Source: Sphingobium sp. (lineage in GTDB: Bacteria; Pseudomonadota; Alphaproteobacteria; Sphingomonadales; Sphingomonadaceae). From it: a stretch of 64,000 bases of DNA. Position numbers and translations under genes: made by a program. The notes below the pieces were generated by a model. It worked only from the letters and a program-made list of their open reading frames with translations. It had not been told where the DNA came from and did no database searches. Numbering within the stretch: position 1 is the stretch's first letter; every line of letters starts with the position of its first letter. Shown here one piece after another: positions 58,560 to 64,000 of this stretch. The stretch lies in the NCBI GenBank assembly GCA_036384035.1, contig DASVND010000035.1, forward strand, positions 155,022 to 219,021, read 5' to 3'.

Positions 58560-59030
58560 TTATGAAAGCGGTGTGTGATCAAATTCTTCGCCGTTAAAGC
58601 GGTTGACCTCTTCCCCACCGCCAAAACGAAATATCACCAAGCCGGGCGTGGTGTGAAGATGATCGGCGGGCACCAGCCGGATGCCAACTTCGTCGAGGTC
58701 GCTGATGGCGAATGAATCGAGGACATAAGTGTCGATTTTATCGGACGATTGGATAACTACGACGACACGCGCATCACCTCGCGCCTTGTTCGATAATATG
58801 CGCGCCTCGTCATTCTTGCCGTCGCCATTGAAGTCGGCGGTCACGGACAGAAACCCCGAGGGGTCGGCCAATCTGGCGGCATAATGTCCGCTGCCGGTCA
58901 AGGAATCGAGGGTCGTCTCTCTATACCCCATCGCGATGAAAGCGATGGGCGGGAACGACCCAGCATTGGCAGATGCCGATGCTAAAATTCCCATGGCAGC
59001 AGCCACTGCCCGAGCTCTGAAAAACGTCAT
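58560..59030 (-). CDS. Exported hypothetical protein
   Basis: Signal peptide; ADFNGDGKND (FG-GAP / Ca-binding-like loop). Confidence 0.6.
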   Translation of the reverse strand: MTFFRARAVAAAMGILASASANAGSFPPIAFIAMGYRETTLDSLTGSGHYAARLADPSGFLSVTADFNGDGKNDEARILSNKARGDARVVVVIQSSDKIDTYVLDSFAISDLDEVGIRLVPADHLHTTPGLVIFRFGGGEEVNRFNGEEFDHTPLS

Positions 59031-59143
59031 GGACAGATTATGCTTGGAATAGGCGGTGTCTGCAATCGCCTCCGATTTTCCCCACACATTTCCCCCACCC
59101 GCACACTGGCGCGCGACCGCGCACCCTGCCATTACCTCCCCCC

Positions 59144-60304
59144 ATGCGCCTCCCCGGTCCTTCGGAGCCTTTCCTGCTGCTCGACGATGCGCGCGTCACC
59201 GGCGCGGCGCCTGCGCGCGTGTATCGCGATCCGGTGGAGATCGTCTGCGCGCGTACGCCCGCGCAGGTGCAGCCCGCGCTCGACCGCATCGGTGAGGCGC
59301 GGGACGATGGCCTGCACGTCGCCGGCTACATGTCCTATGAAGCCGGCTATGCGCTGGAGGAGCGGCTGTGTCCGCTTGCCGAGCCCGGCCCGATGCCGCT
59401 GCTGTGGTTCGGCCTGTTCGACGGCGTCCGCTTCGTCGCCCCGGACGATGTCGCCGCGATGCTGCCGCCGGCCGGGGACGCCGCCGCCGGACCGCTGCGC
59501 CCGCTGATCGACAAGGCCGCCTATTTCGCCGCCTTTGCCGAGGTGCAGGAACGCATCCGCGCCGGCGACATCTATCAGGCGAACCTGACCTTCCCCAGCG
59601 AGGTCGACGTCACCGGCGATCCGCTGGCGCTCTACGCCGCGATCCGCCCGCGGGCGCGGGGCGGTTATGGCGGCATCGTCAATACCGGCGACCACTGGCT
59701 GCTGTCCTTCTCGCCCGAACTCTTCTTCACCCTGGCGAGCGGCCAGCTCACCGCCCGGCCGATGAAGGGCACCGCCGTGCGCGCCGCCGATCCCGCCACG
59801 GACGCTGCTGCGATCGTGGAGCTGCGCGAGGATCCCAAGCAGCAGGCCGAAAATCTGATGATCGTCGACCTGCTGCGCAATGATCTGTCGCGCGTGTCGC
59901 TGGCGGGCAGCGTGACCGTCCCGGACCTGTTTAAAGTGGAGACCTATCCCACGGTCCACCAGATGATTTCCACCGTGCGGGCGCGGATATTGCCTGGTCT
60001 TTCGGCGGTGGACGTGCTGCGCGCCATCTTTCCCTGCGGCTCGATCACCGGCGCGCCCAAGATGCGGGCGATGGAGGTGATCGCGCTCACCGAGCCCTTC
60101 GCGCGTGGCCCCTATACCGGCGCGATCGGCCGGATCGACGCGGACGGCAACGCCGCCTTCAACGTCGCCATCCGCACGCTCAGCCTGCCGCACGGGTCGA
60201 ACACCGCCCGCATTGGTCTTGGCTCCGGCGTGGTTGCGGATTCGCAAGCGGAGGCGGAGTGGCAGGAATGCCTGGCCAAGGGGCGGTTTCTGGCGGGGGT
60301 TTGA
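59144..60304 (+). CDS. pabB: Aminodeoxychorismate synthase component I
   Basis: GDIYQANL, SPELFF, PMKGT, AENLMIVDLLRND, GSITGAPK, NVAIRT. Confidence 0.92.
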   Translation: MRLPGPSEPFLLLDDARVTGAAPARVYRDPVEIVCARTPAQVQPALDRIGEARDDGLHVAGYMSYEAGYALEERLCPLAEPGPMPLLWFGLFDGVRFVAPDDVAAMLPPAGDAAAGPLRPLIDKAAYFAAFAEVQERIRAGDIYQANLTFPSEVDVTGDPLALYAAIRPRARGGYGGIVNTGDHWLLSFSPELFFTLASGQLTARPMKGTAVRAADPATDAAAIVELREDPKQQAENLMIVDLLRNDLSRVSLAGSVTVPDLFKVETYPTVHQMISTVRARILPGLSAVDVLRAIFPCGSITGAPKMRAMEVIALTEPFARGPYTGAIGRIDADGNAAFNVAIRTLSLPHGSNTARIGLGSGVVADSQAEAEWQECLAKGRFLAGV

Positions 60305-60332
60305 GGCTCTGCCTCACCTCCGCCAACCACCT

Positions 60333-60404
60333 CCGTTCGTCTCGAGCGCAGTCGAGAGACCAAGCACGGCGTACAGGTTTCTCGACTGCGCTCGAAACGA
60401 ACGG
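60333..60404. repeat. REP-like element family A (short form)
   Basis: CCGTTCGTCTCGAGCGCAGTCGAGA ... TCTCGACTGCGCTCGAAACGAACGG. Confidence 0.85.
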
Positions 60405-60434
60405 GGATTGGGGGCTATCTCCCATGATCCCTCA

Positions 60435-60529
60435 CTCGCCATCCCGGCGGAAGCCGGGACCCATCTCTCTTCCCCGCGCCTTCAGTGCCGAAGGCGAGAT
60501 GAGTCCCGGATCAAGTCCGGGATGGCGAG
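60435..60529. repeat. REP-like dimer family B
   Basis: CTCGCCATCCCGGCGGAAGCCGGGACCCATCTC ... GAGATGAGTCCCGGATCAAGTCCGGGATGGCGAG. Confidence 0.8.
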
Positions 60530-60654
60530 GCGTTGGAATGCCGCGCACCGCACCGCCCCAAAATACCCTGTGGATCAACGCCCATACACCCTTGCGCCTG
60601 CCCCCCGCGCGGTTACTGTGCCGCCCTTGTTGAAGGTTAACGAGGATCGATCTG

Positions 60655-61275
60655 GTGGGTTTTGCCGACGGGCGTTTCGATTTGCTGGAAACGATGGCGT
60701 TCGATCCGGTGGAGGGCATCCCCCTCCTGGAATATCATCTGCGCCGCCTGGAAAACAGCGCGAAGGCGCTGGATTTCGCGTTCGACCGGCACGGCGCGCG
60801 CAATGAGCTTCAGGCCGCGACGTTCCGCGTGCGGGACCGCAGCCGGGTGCGCATGCTGGTCTCGCAAAAGGGATCGGTGGCGATAGAGGTGCGCGCGCAC
60901 CGCACCTGGCCGCAGGCGATCGTGCCGGTGGCGATCGCGCCCCGCCCGGCCGACAGCGACGATCCCCGCCTGAGCCACAAGACCACGGACCGCAGCGTTT
61001 ATCGCGAGGCGCTGGCGGCGGGCGGCACGTTCGAGGTGCTGATGACCGACGCGGACGGCTACCTGACCGAAGGCTGCTTCAGCTCCCTCTTCCTGGAGCG
61101 GGGCGGCAAGCTGGTGACGCCCCCCTTGTCGCGCGGCGTCCTCCCCGGCGTCCTGCGCGAAAGCCTGATCGCCATGGGCGAGGCGGTCGAGGGCGATTTG
61201 CGGCCCTATGACCTGGAGAAGGGGTTCTTCATCGGGAATGCGGCGCGGGGGATGGTCGCCGCGACGTTGGTTTGA
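60655..61275 (+). CDS. Class IV aminotransferase / aminodeoxychorismate lyase (PabC-like)
   Basis: LLETM, HLRRL, HKTTDR, LTEG, GVLPGVLR, GNAARG; GTG start. Confidence 0.85.
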   Translation: MGFADGRFDLLETMAFDPVEGIPLLEYHLRRLENSAKALDFAFDRHGARNELQAATFRVRDRSRVRMLVSQKGSVAIEVRAHRTWPQAIVPVAIAPRPADSDDPRLSHKTTDRSVYREALAAGGTFEVLMTDADGYLTEGCFSSLFLERGGKLVTPPLSRGVLPGVLRESLIAMGEAVEGDLRPYDLEKGFFIGNAARGMVAATLV

Positions 61276-61293
61276 ATATATGATTTGATCATG

Positions 61294-61509
61294 TCATAAA
61301 TCCGCGAAGTGCGAGCTATCCTTTTGCGTAACTGCAAGGGTTATTGCTGGTTTTCCGCCATTGACACCGTGGGCTACCGCCTCGACCGTCATCCACTGTT
61401 TCGTACCGAGGGTGGATTGAATTAGGACAAACTCACCGACGCAAGGCGCTCTGACAAATGCCTGCTCAATTGTCGTACCATTGGGCATTTTTACAAAAAC
61501 CTGGTCCAT
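61294..61509 (-). CDS. Small hypothetical protein (AT-rich)
   Basis: 71 aa MDQVFVKMP...APCVGEFV...VEAVAH; GAAGGA RBS. Confidence 0.5.
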   Translation of the reverse strand: MDQVFVKMPNGTTIEQAFVRAPCVGEFVLIQSTLGTKQWMTVEAVAHGVNGGKPAITLAVTQKDSSHFADL

Positions 61510-61676
61510 AAAGATATCCTTCAAGCCAGATAGCTGTGAGATTGTTCGCGGATTATCATAAGCGAAGAGCACTGTCTCCAGGCGGTCGAAGCCGGTTGCC
61601 CCAAGCGCCTTCTCCCTCTATGGACCGCCCGTCCGAAAGGCATCCGTTCAAAGACCCTTCCGCAAAGAGAACCACG

Positions 61677-62879
61677 ATGACGAAAACGTCCGCCGCCCTT
61701 GGCCGTATCCAGCCCAGCGCCACCCTCGCCATGAGCGCGCGCGTCAATGCGCTGAAAGCCGCCGGCGTGGACGTGATTGGGCTGTCGGCGGGCGAGCCGG
61801 ACTTCGATACGCCGGACTTCATCAAGGACGCGGCGATCGCGGCGATCCGCGGCGGCCAGACCAAATATACCGATGTCGACGGCACCGCTTCGCTGAAGGA
61901 CGCGGTCGCGCTGAAGTTCAAGCGCGACAACGGCCTTGTCTATGAGCGCGGCCAGATCAGCGTCAATTCCGGCGGCAAGCACACCCTGTTCAACGCGCTG
62001 GTTGCGACCGTGGAAGCGGGCGACGAGGTCATCATCCCGGCGCCCTACTGGGTCAGCTATCCCGACATCGTGAACTTCGCGGGCGGCACGCCGGTGTTCA
62101 TCGAGGGCCCGGCGGCGCAGGGCTATAAGATCACGCCCGCTCAGCTCGACGCGGCGATCACGCCCCGCACCAAGTGGGTGATGCTGAATTCGCCGTCCAA
62201 CCCCAGCGGCGCGGCCTATTCCGCCGATGAGCTCAAAGCGCTGGGCGAGGTGCTGGCGCGCCACCCGCATGTGCTGGTGATGACGGACGACATGTATGAG
62301 CATGTCTGGTACGCGCCCTCGCCCTTCGCGACGATCGCGCAGGTCTGCCCGAACCTGTATGAGCGCACGCTGACGGTGAACGGCTGTTCGAAGGCCTTCT
62401 CCATGACCGGCTGGCGCATCGGTTTCGCCGGTGGGCCGCAGTGGATCATCAAGGCGATGGCGAAGCTGCAGTCGCAGTCGACCAGCAATCCCTGCTCGAT
62501 CAGCCAGGCGGCGGCGCTCGCGGCGCTGACCGGCGAGCAGGAGTTTCTGGAAGAGCGCAACGCGACGTTCAAGCGGCGCCGCGACATGGTCGTCGCCATG
62601 CTGAACGACGCGCCGGGCCTGTCCTGCCCCACGCCGGAGGGCGCCTTCTACGTCTATCCGGACGCCAGCGGCGTGATCGGCAAGACGACGCCGAAGGGCG
62701 TGAAGATCGACTCGGACGAGGCGCTGATCGCCTATTTCCTGGACGAGGCGAAGGTTGCGGCGGTGCATGGCGCGGCGTTCGGCCTCAGCCCGGCCTTCCG
62801 CATCAGCTATGCGACGTCGGACGAGCTGCTGAAAAAGGCTTGCACCCGCATCCAGGAAGCCTGCGCCGCGCTGAAATAA
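61677..62879 (+). CDS. Aspartate aminotransferase (class I PLP)
   Basis: LSAGEPDFDTP, PAPYWVSYP, NSPSNPSGA, NGCSKAFSMTGWRIG. Confidence 0.92.
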   Translation: MTKTSAALGRIQPSATLAMSARVNALKAAGVDVIGLSAGEPDFDTPDFIKDAAIAAIRGGQTKYTDVDGTASLKDAVALKFKRDNGLVYERGQISVNSGGKHTLFNALVATVEAGDEVIIPAPYWVSYPDIVNFAGGTPVFIEGPAAQGYKITPAQLDAAITPRTKWVMLNSPSNPSGAAYSADELKALGEVLARHPHVLVMTDDMYEHVWYAPSPFATIAQVCPNLYERTLTVNGCSKAFSMTGWRIGFAGGPQWIIKAMAKLQSQSTSNPCSISQAAALAALTGEQEFLEERNATFKRRRDMVVAMLNDAPGLSCPTPEGAFYVYPDASGVIGKTTPKGVKIDSDEALIAYFLDEAKVAAVHGAAFGLSPAFRISYATSDELLKKACTRIQEACAALK

Positions 62880-63115
62880 GGTCTGCGCCTGCGGATTATT
62901 TTCGCAGCGCGTCTTGAAGCGCGCCGCAACGTCCCTAAATCCCCGTTGCGTTATGCAACTTATCTGCGCGTTGGTCGATCCTTGGGTCGGCTTTGCCGAG
63001 AACTTCTGGTTTCCGGCACTTCGTTCAGACAGGGGCAAGGCGAATTTTTTTAACCGCTGCGTAACCCGCAGGAGATTCCGCCCGAACAGGGTGCAAGAAC
63101 AGGAAAGGCCGCGAC

Positions 63116-63304
63116 ATGATCGCATTCCTCAAGTCCGACATGTTCCGCAACTTTGCGGGCGGATTCGTGTTGGGTACGATAGGCATCCTGAGCCTGCAAA
63201 GCGCGGAGGCGCATTATGACCAGACACCAGCCCCCGTCAGCGCCGGATACAGCACGGTCGCGCAGGCGAGCCCGGCTCCGGCAGGCGCTAAGGCAGCGCT
63301 TTAG
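63116..63304 (+). CDS. Small membrane/exported hypothetical protein
   Basis: GAAAGG RBS; MIAFLKSDMFRNFAGGFVLGTIGILSL hydrophobic N-terminus. Confidence 0.5.
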   Translation: MIAFLKSDMFRNFAGGFVLGTIGILSLQSAEAHYDQTPAPVSAGYSTVAQASPAPAGAKAAL

Positions 63305-63998
63305 TCCGCTGCTGCTGGCTGCCGCGGTTGGCGGCGGCCTGATGGGCGGCGTCTGGGCCTTGTCGCCCGGCCTGCTCCCCCCGGCGCTGGCGGCGGAGTC
63401 CGCCGTCCTCGCCCCCGTCCCGAAAATCGACGCCGTCCCCTCCCGCAAGCTGGAGACCGCCATATTCGCCGGCGGCTGCTATTGGGGCGTGGAGGGCGTC
63501 TTTTCCCATGTGAAGGGCGTGAAGCTCGCCGTCTCCGGTTTCGCCGGCGGGCCGCGCACGATGAAGGTCGATTATGACCGGGTGGGGCAGGGCGACACCG
63601 GCTATGCCGAGTCCGTGCGCGTCACCTATGACCCGCAGGTCGTGAGTTACGGCACGCTGCTGCGCATCTTCTTTTCCGTGATCGCCGACCCGACAACCCT
63701 GAACTATCAGGGTCCCGACCATGGCACCCAATATCGCACCGCGCTGTTCCCGCTGAATGCCGAGCAGGCGAAGGCCGCGAACGCCTATCTGGCGCAGTTG
63801 GCCCAGGCGAAGCTGTGGAACGGGCCGATCGTGACGAAGGTGGAGCGCTTCACCGGCTTCCAGCAAGGCCCGGCTGAGCATCAGAACTTCCTGGCCCGCA
63901 ATCCCCGCCACCCCTATATCCTGCGCTGGGACGCGCAGAAGGTCGCGGCGCTGAAACAGCTGTTCCCGCAATATTATGGGGACCGGGTTTCGGCGTAG
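63216..63998 (+). CDS. msrA: Peptide-methionine (S)-S-oxide reductase, exported
   Basis: FAGGCYWGVE, DPTTLNYQGPDHGTQYR; N-terminal Arg-rich and hydrophobic leader. Start uncertain. Confidence 0.9.
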   Translation: MTRHQPPSAPDTARSRRRARLRQALRQRFSPLLLAAAVGGGLMGGVWALSPGLLPPALAAESAVLAPVPKIDAVPSRKLETAIFAGGCYWGVEGVFSHVKGVKLAVSGFAGGPRTMKVDYDRVGQGDTGYAESVRVTYDPQVVSYGTLLRIFFSVIADPTTLNYQGPDHGTQYRTALFPLNAEQAKAANAYLAQLAQAKLWNGPIVTKVERFTGFQQGPAEHQNFLARNPRHPYILRWDAQKVAALKQLFPQYYGDRVSA

Positions 63999-64000
63999 CG

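Noticed and set aside
1-64000. tRNA, rRNA, prophage, integrase or IS transposase
   Set aside because: No cloverleaf or rRNA signatures and no recognisable phage, recombinase or transposase proteins were seen by eye.

Overview
High-GC alphaproteobacterial chromosome segment that looks sphingomonad (Sphingobium-like by gene content; this is an inference). It is mostly housekeeping: mutM (partial), proA, ctpA-dsbB-coq7, a valine/isobutyrate catabolic cluster (LysR-mmsA-acd-ech-ech-mmsB), ubiE-ubiB-coaBC-dut-moeB, rimO, surE-serS, prfB, PBP1A, amidase, rne, pabB/pabC, aspartate aminotransferase and msrA. Small accessory inserts interrupt the conserved operons, and there are at least three families of intergenic palindromic (REP-like) repeats. 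I found no rRNA, tRNA, CRISPR array, integrase or transposase. The most notable observations are six. (1) An exactly phased 13 x 11-bp array (GTC[G/T]CA + 5 variable nt) sits in a small bounded element upstream of prfB. (2) A GIY-YIG nuclease gene is bracketed by 29-bp inverted CGTC-tagged hairpin repeats inside the mms operon, with gene-less elements of the same architecture elsewhere. (3) A HEPN-like gene has a C-terminus that looks like two fused antitoxin remnants, followed by a ParE-like stub. (4) An orphan, catalytically degenerate nitrate-reductase paralogue is present. (5) A 57-aa Cys/His micro-protein next to mutM is missing from the ORF track. (6) There is a GNAT/JmjC/GNAT trio. All family assignments come from motifs recognised by eye; no database searches were run.
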